Of a DNA stretch of 64,000 nt, positions 12,440 through 25,694 are shown piece after piece. The notes beneath the pieces were generated by a model. That model did not search any database. It was not told the DNA's origin and worked only from the letters and a program-made list of their open reading frames with translations. A program made the position numbers and the translations under genes. The DNA comes from Chara braunii (lineage: Eukaryota; Plantae; Charophyceae): contig BFEA01000015.1 of the NCBI GenBank assembly GCA_003427395.1, positions 2,016,025 through 2,080,024 on the forward strand. The letters run 5' to 3'. Position 1 is the first letter of the stretch; every line of letters starts with the position of its first letter.

Positions 12440-12698
12440 ATAATCACATAATACTACTGCAATATAACCAACCGCCCACGGCAGGAGCTAAGCTTCTTTC
12501 GTTGTCATTCAGTCTCCCTACGGCATGACAGCTTGTTGTTACTGCAATATAACCAATCCTTCGCGCTCCCCTATAGCGGGATAGCCTGTTATTGTCTTTC
12601 TTTTCGCTTTCGTACCTGATTACAGCAGGATTCGAACTCATTACCTGTCTGTTCCTCAGAAGATGCTTCATGCGCGTAGCCATTCAGCCACATTAGGC
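12440..12698 (-). mobile_element. tRNA-related SINE-like element
   Basis: Minus strand has A-box TGGCTGAATGG (12690-12680) and B-box GTTCGAATCC (12637-12628). No intact cloverleaf. Tail contains two ggttatattgcagta copies. The 3' boundary is uncertain. Confidence 0.55.
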
Positions 12699-12851
12699 GG
12701 GGGCTTCTTCCATCGTCGGACACCCAATTCTCACTACCCTACCTCTCTCTCTCTCTTTCTGGTCGTGCTGCGAGCTCTGAAGAACAAGCGCCACCTCATG
12801 CGCGGTGCCGGGGTCCCCCCCTTCCTGCTGCAACAGCCAGAAGCGGCCTAA

Positions 12852-13438
12852 GGGCACGCTCACACTAGGTACCAAATCCCCATTTTCCCCCAAAAAAAGG
12901 GTTCCCGGACAGTCGCACATGGCGAACATCTGCCCAAATTCTCAAAAGGGGTGACCATTTGTCAGCGGCCTGCGAAGCCGCGGGGGAAGGAAATTTGCGG
13001 TGACCTCCGGAGGTTACCGCAAATTCTCAAATCATTTTCTGAATTACCGTGCAAAATTGGAGAAAAAATGGAACCCCACGATATTAGCGGCCTATCAATT
13101 GAAGAAAAGGAAATTTGGGGAAATGGGTGCACGCACGGAGCGGTCAGACGCGCGGAGCACGAGCAGAGAGGTTCGTCTGGACACCCGTTGCCAGCAGTAA
13201 CGACCCAAAAAAAAAAAAGGAAAAAACAGATTGTAAAAACTGAACAATTGCATTTCCCATTTGAGGTACCACCGTGTGACCGGCGCCCTCCACAAGCACC
13301 TCGCAGAGAGCGATGTCGCGACCTTGTCTTTAGCGTGTTGGGAACACAGTGTGACCGGCCAGGGCCACATTTCCTCAAAACGGCCGTTCCCATTTTCCCA
13401 TTTTTTTGGGAATTTGGGTACCTAGTGTGAGCGTGCCC
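12852..13438. mobile_element. PIF/Harbinger (Tourist-like) MITE
   Basis: Perfect 22-bp TIR gggcacgctcacactaggtacc with TAA duplicated on both sides. Confidence 0.92.
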
Positions 13439-13894
13439 TAACAAGCGCAATTGCCATCTCATTCTCTGATCGTGCGCCGGCCTGGATTGCCATCTCCTTC
13501 TCTGATCGTGCGCCGGCCTGGATCGCGCTGTCTGTCCGCCCGTGCGCGCAACAAGCTCGGCCCCGCCCCTGCCCCTTCCGTCCGTGCGGCCATTGAAGCC
13601 GCGGTCGCCCGCCGTAGACTGCCCCCCCACGGGCACATCGGCGCCTCCACCGTTGTTCACGTCCTTCACTCCGTTGTCAGAGCGCTATTTGTTTTCCAAA
13701 TTAAAAAGGAATGAAAAAACAGAGCCAATAAAAAAAAAAAAAAAAAACAGAGCCATCTACCACCCCGCCAGCAGCCGGGATCTCGGATCTTGTTCCCCCG
13801 ACGGCCTCACAGGTGGACAGCGCAGCAGCAATCCCGGAGATACCCTAATGCCCTGGGATGTTTTTTTTCTTTTTTCTTCTGGGATTCCTTGACC

Positions 13895-14244
13895 CAATCT
13901 GGCGCCAAATATGCGTTCGTCATCGTACTAAAGACTCGTAACAGTCACATTAGGCGGGACGGAGGGGCCAGTTTATTTTATTTCAATAGCACCCGGCGGG
14001 TGCCAACAGAATCTGGACGCAAATACGGGCATATACACTCATTACAGTCCAATTCCACAATTTTATGCCCTACGACTGCAATTTGGTTGCACGGAGGGGC
14101 CAGCCCATTTGAACAGCACCGCGCGCCGACAGAATCTAGCGCCAAATACGGGCATATGCACTCACGAGAGTCCAATTGCACGATTATATGTCCCACGAGT
14201 GAAATTTGGTGGCATAGAGGGACTGACACATTTGAATAGCACCC
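13895..14244 (+). repeat. ~120-bp tandem repeat, 3 diverged units
   Basis: aatct(g/a)g..caaata.g ... gagggg ... tagcacc units at ~13895, 14010 and 14132. Confidence 0.75.
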
Positions 14245-14411
14245 GGGGCTGAGGTCCCAATAGCAAATAGGATTGGACGAAGATCCTGAATCTGATTGTG
14301 TTTTGAGCATAGGTGCAGAAAGCAGATCAATCTCGATTTTCTGCACCTTTCCACAACCACGTCTAGATTCAGGCGTTCAATCCAATCAAATTTTCCACTG
14401 GGACCTCGCCC
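14245..14411. mobile_element. Hairpin MITE, Harbinger-related family
   Basis: gggctgaggtccca...tgggacctcgccc ends; body is homologous to 26722-26893. Confidence 0.8.
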
Positions 14412-14649
14412 CGGGTGCCAACAGGAGACAACTGTTCCCCTCCACACGCGGGTGTGGAGAATGCCCTCCCACTTGGACTCTGGCAAATGCACCTGCCGGC
14501 TGTGGGGCCCACATTCCCTCGGAAAAGTCCCTGCGTGAATATGGCTAGGGGCCCATCACTGTAGGCTATCGAAATTTCAAGAGTCCTGCATGCTGTTGAG
14601 GGAGCATCGTCCAGAGTGACCATCTGGCACCCTCCCTCGCCCCGGCTAA

Positions 14650-16262
14650 AGCCTATTGACTATGACTTTGTCGACAAGACGGCAGATGGGTCTACCTCAA
14701 AGCAGTCTTGGGGGAGGAAATAGTGTGCATAGCAAGAGTCTACGGTCCTAATGATCCCAAAGACAGGATCAAGTTTCTGCAGACCCTCTACCACACCTTA
14801 CCCACCGACTGCCCCCTCATCATAGCAGGGGTCTTCAACATCACTCCAGACCTGCTGCTAGACAGAAAATCCACCTTTCAACCAACAGGGGGAGATATAA
14901 CACTGGACATCCTCATGCTGTCCCAATTGATTGACAAGTCGCAAATGTGTGACATATACAGGCTTCTCCACCCCTCTGAAGGGGCATACAACTGCCCTTT
15001 GCTCCAGGGGAGAGGCAGGGCTCTCCAACTCTAGCATAAACTTCTACCTCATACCTTAAACCACCAGTACTTCCTAAAGCCATGCCTGTTAACAAGCCAC
15101 CATTTTAGGAAACGTACGGTCCACTACAGGAGTGCCCAAATTCATCCGACTAGAAATGTTTCTACTCTATTTTTTCCACGGCCAATAGCTGCGCAAAGTA
15201 CGGGTGGTTTAATCCATGATGGCCTTGGTGACGGTTGCTGAGATGCAATCAATCAGCTCATGTCAGCCTTTTGACCGCAGAGGGATACCACTCAGCCTAC
15301 CAACACTTATCATGTGGGCCAAGTTTCTATAAACTCGATACGTTGTTGTTGAAACTTTGGCCACTGAATCAAATGGTGGAAGAGTATTGGGTATACTGCA
15401 AGACACAAAAGGATAGCCACCCCTCACAGGTAGACTGGTTTAAACTACCAGTACCTTTCTCGGCTATTGATGCCGAGCCTAAAATCACCCTGCGTGCCAA
15501 AAAAAAGCGAACCGGCGCGGGCCTCATTTTGGCTGGTGCTGCCAGCCATTTCCATCCGGTAGCACCGAATCCCGCTGCCCTCCCGCATCACCGGCCGCAT
15601 CGCAGCAAAATAGCTGGGAAAGTTACTCAGTCTGGTGGCTTAACATAGGGATTGTCGACCTAAGAGAAAGAGTCAAAGAATTCTCAATAGCACATACAAC
15701 AGACAAGAAGGCAATGATTGAAAAGCTGCTGCACATTCTGGAACAATAGGGCCTCAGGATGTTGGACCACCCACTAGACCAATGAACCACCTCCAAGCTT
15801 ATCTGGACCGGCAGAAGGAGGCATGGAAGACTCAGGCAAGAATTAACAAATCAGACATCCAAGGAACTACATCCTCAACTTTTTTCAAACAAGCACAGAG
15901 CAGAGCAAACCAAAATATGGTCGCATCCTAGCATCGCCCGTTTTATTCTCAGCAAAGGGACACCATTGACCCATACAGAATGGTCGATTATGTTGCACAA
16001 TACTATCAGAACCTCCTCACCTTGGAAAACGCCCAATGGGGTGAAGAGGCGTTGGAGCATGCAAGACATATACTCTTGCAGAATCTCGCTGCGTTGCTAT
16101 CCCACCAACAGAGATAAGCATTGGAAACATCCATCACAACCTAGGAAGTCCTCACAGCACTACAAGATATGGAAGAGGAGAAAACCCCGGGTCTTGACTC
16201 CTTCCAATAGAATTATGGATCCAACTTTAGAAGCTCCTTCACGACGATCTGTTGGACTACAT
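14650..16262 (+). pseudogene. Degraded L1-type LINE ORF2 (APE endonuclease to start of RT), interrupted by insertions
   Basis: GRWVYLKAVLGEEIVCIARVYGPND...PLIIAGVFN...DIYRLLHP; PGLD motif near 16190. Confidence 0.8.
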
Positions 16263-16274
16263 GACAGGCATCGC

Positions 16275-19200
16275 GCCTCAGAGAGATATCAGGATTACCG
16301 ATGGATAAACGACCAACTACAGAAGCGTAAAATTGACGGATCGGGATTATGTTTGACGGTTCCACATCCGTTTCAACGGTATAATTGGACCCGACTCGGA
16401 TCCGCTCACGAAGAACAGGCCGCTCATTTCGCAATACGTGTCACAGAAGGAACTATCGATCGAAATCGATGGTTCTGGTCTAATATTCGCGAACATGTTA
16501 GGCACGTGGTCGGTAACTGTCTAGTTTGTGCCGTAGATCGAGCCTCGATCCGCGGGCCAAATACTACAGTTCCGACAGAGGTAGAACGTCCCTTCCAGAG
16601 TGTCAGTATGCATGCAACAGATATTGGCGTGCCACCTGACCCAAATTATTGCGAATATTCGATTTGACTGGTTTTAATTGATCATATTTTCAAAATACAT
16701 AGAAGTTTATCCATGCAAGACACGCAAGGCCTCGGAAATAGCTACCTACATCGATCGATTCCTCAGTACTCATCTGGATACAGAGGAGATCTTAACTGAT
16801 AATGAGCCTGAGTTTAAGGCTGAGGTAGAGGAACTGTTGACACGTAGAGGCGTGACCCTCCGACACACTGTTGCGCATGTCTGAGTCTCTCAATCCAATG
16901 GACTCGCTAAAAAAACACGAACCATGTGATTAAAACCGCCCTGCGTCGGAATCTAGCAGCTAACGACACGCATTCCTGGCCCGAGATACTAGTATACCAG
17001 ATCATGGGAATTCATTGGACCACACGTCATAAATAAACAGGGTTCAACCCCTTCAAGCTACGAACCAACAATATTCCCTCCGTCATCAACCGAGATACCT
17101 CGGAAAGTGTCGAGCCAAGGGGAAAGAACATGAGGGCTTCCTTTAAGGCTAAGGCCAAAAGATACACCGAATTAATGGAAAAGGCACTCCCTAGATTGGC
17201 CCGTAAAAGACAAAAGATGACCGAATCGGCCCACGGTAAACAGGTTCGTAGCTATGAGGCCTGAAACAAGAACGCGGACCCTCAAATCGAGTATAAATTG
17301 AGGGACCTGGTACAAATACGTATATGTGCATGCGACCTGAAACTCCCTCCCAAGTTTTTTGGTTGCTTCCTCGTAGTTGAGCTAAGGCCTAATGGGGCGG
17401 ATACGGTGCGCATTGTTTCTGAAACGAGCGCCAATCATAGTTCCCTTCCTATCGTACGCGATATCTCTTATCTTTGTCCTTTTCCCTCACCTGATCCTTT
17501 CGCTCCTTCTTCCTCATCTCTCTCCACTCCCGACATAGATTTTGTTCTTCCTTCCTCTTCCTCATCTGATACTTTTTGCTCGCAACCACCGCCATGAGCT
17601 TCGCACTTGAACTTGTCCGAGTCATCTCTGCTCGACTTCTTCAACCTCCACCATCCCTGCAGTTTTGATAAGTGGTTCATTCGTGACTCAACCACGATCT
17701 ACTGTGATTCACGCAGTTATTCAGTCGACAATTAGGTACACAACAATGGAAGTAACGATCTCAACGGATCGTGGTTCAACGGTGATCGTGGTGAAAGAGT
17801 CCCTGTTTCTGTATTTCTCTCAGCCAAGGCAAAGTGACGTGACAGTGGTAGTCGTGTTTAGGGGCGATTTGTGCAGCATTGGCCCTGAACAGCGCAAGGA
17901 CGTGATTGGGAATCTCTACAAGTGGGGGCAAGAATTGGTGACAGATTAGCGGCAACGACTAGCCAGGCCACGCAATTAGGTAGTGGGTACGGAGTCTATC
18001 GACACCTTCTCGCTGCGATCGAGTACCTCGGATCTGCCAACCCCACTGCTTCTCTTCGTCCTTTCCACCCTCCTCGCCGATGAATCGCCTCTCTACCTTC
18101 TCTCTCTCCTGTAACCTTCCAACCCTCTGGCCGTCTTGGGCGGATCCTCCGAGTCTACTTTCTATCGAAATCCATCAAATAGCCATCCCTCCCTTTCGTC
18201 CTTGATATCTTTGTGATTGGGTTGGACTGTGGCCACGAGCTTCTGTCTACTCTCGGTGAAGGCACATTGGGCGCGCTATTACGAAAATCGTGAGGTAGTA
18301 TTTTCATACGAGATTACTGTGCTCCTAACCCAAGTCTGGCCATATGATACAACTGGACTGCTGGTGGGACTCTTGTTTGGTGAGGTGGCACCGCGAGGAC
18401 GTTTGGTCACACAACGAAATATTGGTCTTCTTAGCGTTGATCGTTGACGGTCTGCCTCTAAGCATCATCTCTTTCAATCCTAGTGATCCGAGCCGAACGG
18501 ATCCAGTAACCGTGGAGTGGACGCTAGCACCGACGGTCATCTGGACTAGCTGCACGGAGGACGTTGGACACTTCCTGGCCCACCACGACCCAACCGGGTG
18601 GAACTTTCTTGACTTGGACGACGATTCCCCGACAGTTTCGATGTGGAAGACTTTTGGACAACCCACAAAGACAACGGGGAAGTGTAATCTCACGACCATC
18701 CCGAATCCATACTAGCTCCCCCTGATCAGCAAGAAGAAGACGAGGAAGTCGAAGCCGAGTCTGCAACTGAAGAGGACGAGGAAGAAGAAAAAGAAGCAGA
18801 GAGTGGGAACGAGCCATCGACAGAGAAATTCAAAGTAGTGCTGCCAACAAGCTCGCGTCTAGCCATACCAGGGGATTCCACTCGGAATCCCGAGTTACCT
18901 AAGGAATTGGCTAGTCGCCACGATGTTGCAGAATCCTTCTGCCTTCGCCGCCGATCTCGCTCACCTTCTCCCTCCTCTTCCACCCTCTCCGCGCTTTGTC
19001 CCCGTCCTCCTCCCAGCGTGAGCGCTCCTTCCTCGTCTCGAATTCCTTTGTCCTCTTGATTACCCCTCTTCCTCCTTGCTCCCCCAGATCGAGTTTCCCC
19101 TCAATTACCGCACCTTCGCCAACCAACTTTTTTATCGTCACTGTGTTCAGTGTTGCATGGAGGCAGTACAACCATATGGAGTTGTATTGCATTATTTTCG

Positions 19201-22200
19201 GAACCTTCCCCATCGTGGAAGATTACAAGTCTCTGCGTGATAGCACCCTGCGCACGATCCCCACCTTGTATGTTGAATACCTCTCTTCCCTCCCCCAACC
19301 CAATCATTAATTCCCCCAAGCTCACCGGATCGTCCATTTCGTCGATCTCGGTGGCAAAGCTTCTTGTTGCTTTCCCCCGCCTCCCCCAGAATGGCCCCAA
19401 CCCCCTCCCCCTCCCCTCCTCGTTAACTACAACCGAGCGGAGCATCAATAAGCCAGCGAGAAGGATCCTGATGATGCCATCTGGAAGACAACAAGGCACT
19501 CCTGGACAGTGGACGATTACCGGCGAGACACGGCGACAGACTTCGCGAGGATATTGCAATTGAAGTTCGTGCCAATACGTGCTTCTCTTTGCTCGCTGAT
19601 ATGGTAGCATGCGTTCCTCTGCTTGTTGATACGTTGGGTTCCTCTCTCTCTCATTCCCTTTGTTTCTCATGTAAATTAGCTAGACCTGCATGCACGCAAT
19701 CAGGAGATCACATAATTTTGGAACCTCTTGAACATCACATATGTGACGTACCAGCTTCTGTACCCGAACGATGGCCTGAGTTTTTGTTGTTCCTACTCTT
19801 CAGATTTCCCTTTTTTTTTCTTGGTACCCCTTCCTTTTTGCTATCCCTTCAATGCACAAAATCACAAGCCAACCAGACCCTCTCACGTCTAAGACAATGC
19901 TTCTTTTGGATTTCTTTGGAATTTGCTTTCGACAATCCATGCATCTACGTAGGAATTATGCGCGCCTTAGCGAGCGCGCTAGGAATTTTGTTCGGCAGTT
20001 GGAAACTCCAGAAACTATGAACGCTCGTCCCATTAACATGTCCTTTCTTCCAAATTAAAATTTCCCACACTCTACCTTGAAAGATCTGTGAATTTTCTGT
20101 AGGAACCTAGATAGACGTAGGATTTTCACGCGCTTAATTTCGTGCATTAATGTTGCTTTGATTTTTCAATCTTGAAATAAGTTTTCCCTGCTTCCCCCTA
20201 CGACCCATGCCGTCTTCACCCTTCTCCTCTTCGTGCCTCCCCTCCTTCACCCGTAACTATTTTTCATCCCCTCTCCCTTTTTGCTTCGCCCCCACTCCTT
20301 TTCGTCTGAATCTTGGTTCTGCTCCGCGCTACTCTTCTCGCTCTCCTCCTTTCCGCCTTCATCCCCGTACAAGAACTCCCTACAGATCCCCCCCCAGGGT
20401 ATTCGAAGTCGAGGCGACGTCGTGTAAGGAGGATACTCCCCGCACGCTGTAATCTGATTGGCTGCGAAGGAACTCACGGGGATCGATAAGGCTTTCTCCG
20501 GGCGATTAACCAAAACTCTCTCCTCACCCCCTCCTATCTCCACCCCACTTTCCCCCATCTTCTATTCTTATCTTCGCAATTATAAAACCCGCAAGCGCGT
20601 CCCCAAAACGCTCTCTCAACCCATCTGCCAGCTTCAGGGAAGTCGTGGCTAGGTGTTGTGTAAGTAGCAAGTCGGAAAGTCCTGACGAGACGACGAAAGT
20701 GTATGTAAGGTTGTGTGTTGGGTGGTCACAACAAACTGCCGGATTTGGGCAAGTTAGTGCAAAAGCTGAGTTGGCGGGGTGACGATCGCTGTGGTTTGGA
20801 GGTTGGTACGTGGCGGCCAAAATCGTCAGTATTGAAGTGAGAAGAGGGTGTGTGTACGAGTGGGTTCATGGCCAGGGGTCATTATCAAAGAGCAGAAGGC
20901 TGGTGCACCTTGATTTTCAGATTCTTCTTCCTTTGGTTCTCATAAGCGACGTCCATGGCGAATAGCCAAGTGCTCCCCTTCAAGATTGTCTGTATGACCA
21001 GAGTTCTCTCCCTCTCTTATCAGTGCTATTTTCCGGTCAAGCTACGCTTCCGTCTCCCCCCCCCCCCCCCCCCTCTCTCTCTCGTTCCCTTGCTCTTATC
21101 TATCTGATGAATACCAAAATAACCCAAGATTTCCTTAATCTCGCTCGCCCCTGTTGAATTCCATCGGATCTCATACGGACGAGCATTGTTGAATTCAAAG
21201 GGACTAGTAAGCCACATGAGATCTTATTGGTTTTCTTTTGTTGACGTATCTCTCAAACAGTTGAGGATTCATGTATGTGAGATTTGTTTACACATATGCA
21301 TCGATTGGGCTAACTACGCACAAATTCCGCTGAGATTATGGGAATGGATGCTTGTCGCTCCCTTAATGAATGATGATTGTTGTTGTGATTGGATCAAACT
21401 CGCACTTTTCTTTTTGATCGGTTCACCGGATGGGTGAAAGGCAATAAAGCATGTACTACTAGCATTGCGACTGTTTACTTTTGTGATTGAACAACTGATT
21501 GGGTAGACTCACGTACTCAGAGTTTGTTTGTGCTATATGGACCGATTGTCCTACTAATAACCCGACAGGGTGCCGACTCCCGAGATCCCCATCGCGACCA
21601 TTTTTGTAAAATGAGGAAATGATACATTTATGCGAGTATGACATACGGGAAACCGTCGCCAAGATCGGTGAACGTTACTATTTTCCACCCGAAACGAGGT
21701 GTTCGAGATTCGTTGGCGTTGGTTTTGTCATTATCGATACCATTTTCCCCCGTACTCTTTATTATTGCCTTTTAACGAACTGATTGTCAGCCCGTGAACG
21801 GCAGTAGCGCCCCATTGGCCCAACACTATGTGCAGTGATTGTTGCCGCACCGAATGTTATCGGGAGAAGGGGTTATACTACTTGACACGTGGCGAGGACG
21901 AACACAGGGAAAGAGCGACCATCCACGTCGGATTCCAGACTCTATAGCGAACGGCATTGGGACTTGATTCAAAAACGAGATCCCACTCGCCCTTCCATTC
22001 AAAAAGACGACGAGTAACTCGTGCCATTTCTTTCCCACGCGCTTATGGTCCTTCCTCACTTAAACTGAAATCGCACAGGGGCTTTCAGTTCTCTATGTGG
22101 CCTCATACTAAGTATTCCCAAATCATTGGTACACCCCATTTTTCAGTCCTTCAGGGCCTATTCCGCACAAATTATCACTCCGAACGAAGGACGGGACAGG

Positions 22201-22221
22201 GCGTGAGGTTTGAACGTCACA
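16275..22221 (+). mobile_element. Gypsy-like element A, 5'-truncated: integrase pseudogene (16275-17480), three accessory ORF remnants (17593-19750), att junction (19728-19748), 3' LTR (19742-22221)
   Basis: HHCC (AHEEQAAHF...CLVC), FSKYIEVYP, EEILTDN and a GPY/F-like region, colinear with element B. LTR runs TGTGACG...GAGGTTTGAACGTCACA. Confidence 0.85.
21500..21950 (+). pseudogene. LTR-encoded CxxC protein homolog (LTR A)
   Basis: From 21625, one frame reads HLCEYDIRETV...GFVIIDTIFPRTLLLLPFNELIVSP*TAVAPHWPNTMCSDCCRTECYR; the stop replaces the conserved Trp. Confidence 0.75.
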
Positions 22222-23004
22222 AGTCCGCAATGAAATTCGGAAGTCCCATTTGGATAATTGAAAGTGAATATCTGTAATTTTAAATGGAGAAATATGTTTT
22301 CTGCCACTATAGATCGAACCTTCATGGTTTCCTCCTCCAAACCGGAGAAGATTGTGTATGCGAGTGGGATATCCAGCGGTATTTGGATCAAAGCACTCAA
22401 CCCACTCAATATCCTGACAACCGAAAGCTGCATGTGTTTACTATTCTGGGTTTGTCGCCATTGAAATTGAGTTTCCCCTTCACTATCTCCTCCTCCCGTA
22501 TCATAATATAATTGTTATCCCCTGGTGAGCGATTGCCCCTTTTTGGGCGCATCTTCATGCTCTGAATGTATATATTACTATGCCTATCGTGTGCAAGGAT
22601 TTGCCCAGTGGCACCAAACTCATAGGGAATTCGAGCATCGAGGAGCCTTCAATTGAGGCTCTCATCGACGGACTCGGAGCTCTGTGAGTCCCGTAGGCGC
22701 CACGTGTTGGAGCAACGAGATACCCAATGTGTCCCCCTCGTACACCGTCTGCGGGACCGACCCAGGCGGAGGTGTAAGTCGGGCCCTTCGCCCAGCCCTA
22801 AGAACCCCACTGCGTCATGAACCCTCCCCTCCCCGACAAACTACATTTTTGTCCTTGGAACCCCGACATATAGGATTCCAGTTTCGATCTGGGACTCCAT
22901 CCCCACTTTCCTAAAATCCTTGGCACACCCCCTTTTTGTAACACTTTCGGGCCTATACCCGCTCCGATCAGGAAGTTGTGTTGGGTGTGAGGTTCGACAT
23001 CACA
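22222..23004 (+). mobile_element. 3' half of another LTR (E) with a degraded LTR-ORF; probably the target of element A
   Basis: WIIESEYL, CVCEWDI, LLLPYHNIIVIPW, CSEC motifs. Last ~120 bp match the end of LTR B. Ends GAGGTTCGACATCACA. Confidence 0.8.
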
Positions 23005-23054
23005 AGACTAGGTACGAGCTTGGTTTGCTCTTGAATTGTTTGGCTTTTAAGGCC

Positions 23055-25694
23055 TGTGACATAACCTTTTTTTTTCAGGGACAGTAATTCTCTTCCCATA
23101 TTTTTCTCACTCTCTGCACCGAAGTTGCTTAATGGTCCTAGTACTCCGGGGTGTTTGTTGCGGTGGAGGGATTCCCGGCGTCCTCTGCTTTTTCAAATAA
23201 ATGGTTTGCTTTGATTAAGGAAAGGGGAAACGTTAATACCCCTCCCCGCAACTTGAACGAAACCTTTGTATTCATTTCCCCCCAACTGGGCAAAAAGTGT
23301 TGCAAGGCCCATAATGACTCTTGGCGTCATTTTTGCACCCTGTAAAACACTTTCCCATAATTTTTGCACAGTGGGCGACGGGCGTTACCAGCCCAGCCAG
23401 GGTGCGAAAATGACATGAAAAGTCGTTTCGGGGTCTGCAACACTCTTTGCCCCGTTGGAGGGGAAATAAATACAAAGGTTTCATCGTGGGGAGGTTTTAT
23501 AACTTTTTCCAAGAAAGAGACTTTGCACATGCGAAGTAAATTTACAGAGAAAGTAGTTGCCATGTTCTATCAGGCCTCGCTCCAGTACTCACCACATGCA
23601 CAAAAGACACGAAATATGGCATTGTATATTTCCATGTTCTAGCAGAAGATTCTTTCTCGCACATTTGGTGAATAGTGGAGTGTGTGATGCGCAACCTCAC
23701 ACCATGCACGATGTCCCGTACCGGTGAATGTCGATCAGAGCAATTGGGGGTGTGGCCGAGGATTTTTGGTCGGTGGGGTTGAATCGCCCGGATGCAACGG
23801 AGGATTCTTGTTTTGTACCGAGGCCTTTCTTGGGTTCGAACCTTCGCTGAGGGCAAAAGAGAGATACAAGGAAATGAGAGGGGTTATTCTGAAAAGACAC
23901 GCTCTGTTTCGATTCAAAAGTGTCCGCTCACCTGAGAGGACTGACAACGGCACGCTACTCGGTCGACCATTGACAAAACCAAAAGGAGGGGAAAAAGGAC
24001 AAGGAAGAGTCGAATTCACCGCTCTTTTCGCGATAAGCTAACTCGAAGGCGGAAGCCCTGAGGCATGGAGCTTTTAGGCCTCTGAGTCAGATTCATCGAA
24101 TCCCCACGGACAACCAGGTGTGGCACCGTTTGATTTGGGCTGGGCTGGGGGAACCCAAGTCTGAAAGTTAGCTGGGCGTGCGCCCGCGCTGCGGGAGAGA
24201 TCTGGGAATCGGGCCGCACCTTCATATCCCATCACTAGTCTTCGCCAGGAACACGAATCTCCTTGCCGACACCAACGACACTTAAACTGAGGCTGCCACG
24301 TGGCATGGGCCGCAGACCAGGGTAGACGCGCCAGGTCGGTGTAAGGCAGGATCAGGGGAGGGGAGGAGAACCGATCAATCAGAACAAACCCACTTCCCCC
24401 TACATGGCGGGCCATGGTGGGGTTATATAGATTAATCTGCTCAGTTTGTCGCAGGGTGTTCCGTATGTCCGCATCGCAGGACAAGTTTTTGTCGTTTGCG
24501 ATCGGGAAGCACGGTAGCATGCTGGAACGGACCGACGAGGGGGACGAGCGCGGGCAGTTCCCCGTGCCAACGTTCACCGAGGCGAACACGGACTCCGTAT
24601 AAAACTCAGTGGAAATTACCTCACCCTCTCTGTCCTAGTCAGAGTGCACGCTCAGGAATACAGAGTCGTGATCACCAATTAGTTGTCGGGACAGAGGTGA
24701 CTAGGACAGAGGCGCGGAGATATCAGTCGCGTCGTGGGGCCACGTGCGACTGGTGTCCCCGGTTGTTGGATGTAAGTCGTGGAGAAACACCATCCCAATT
24801 AACCCGGGTTACCTGCTCATCCAAAGGGAGAGGAGGGAAGAGTTAGTGACGATCCCTGCGCATACACGTGGCACCGGGATCGGCAAGGGTCGGGGAAGAG
24901 AGGGGGTTCCAACACACTCATGCATTCATGCAGATGGTCGACACCCAGTGTTCCCCAGAGTTGCGCTTGTAAGCGCCCACACACCTTTACATTCATCTAT
25001 CTTGGACAGCGAGACATTTAACATCCATAGACTCTCATACCAATCAGCTTGCATACAATTATGTACCCCGCCCTCAGGACACTGCACACACCACACTTGG
25101 ACAAAGCAGCAATGGAGATACACCATCCCACACTTGGACGCCGCGGACTTCACGCATAGCTCGCGCAGCATTGCAGCCAAGATCAAAGAGAGGGGGAGGA
25201 AGGGAATGCGAGAATTTATAGCGCGGAAGGCGGCGGAGTGCGAGCGTGAGGTGCGGGTAGCAAGGGGTGTAGATGAGCAGGACAGAAGAAGGGCAGGGAT
25301 TCAAGGAGGATTGAAAGAGGCGAGTAGATAGTTCTGTGTAATTGGGGTGGTCGTTCAAGTGATGCGCGCGCTCTGCCTCCACCGCATTGATCTGACCATC
25401 CCAACTAGACAACCAGTCGCTCGCGTTGATAGGTAAGGAGGGGATCAGGCATAATCGTTGGGGGAAGACGAGGAGACACGCACAAAGGAGTGCACAGCAA
25501 GAAGGGAAGATGGCATGTAGATGTAGAGCAGGAAGCGGGTTTGTGCGACGCGCAAGAAATTTTAAAAACGGCCGCGCACTCCTTATTACGAAGAAAATTA
25601 AAAATTCCAACCCCCGTAATTCCTAACTGTTTCTTGGATTTCTCGGTGCGGTCGCTAACCGTCCGCACGGAGAAATTAACCGGGACAGGTCACA
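23055..25694 (-). mobile_element. Solo LTR D (2.64 kb) of a diverged subfamily
   Basis: TGTGAC/GTCACA termini, flanks ggcc/ggtc (4-bp TSD with 1 mismatch), minus-strand end AGGTTATGTCACA. ORF 24074-24589 carries LSCDADI..GFVLID..LILPYTDLARLPW..W..CRWC..SDSEA. Confidence 0.8.

Noticed and set aside
11953-12447. 164-aa minus-strand ORF
   Set aside because: Built partly from local duplications and triplet repeats; no recognisable motif.
12615-12698. Functional tRNA gene
   Set aside because: A and B boxes are present, but I could not fold acceptor or anticodon stems.
15966-16667. 233-aa ORF as a novel gene
   Set aside because: Chimera of off-frame LINE sequence and truncated integrase at a deletion junction.
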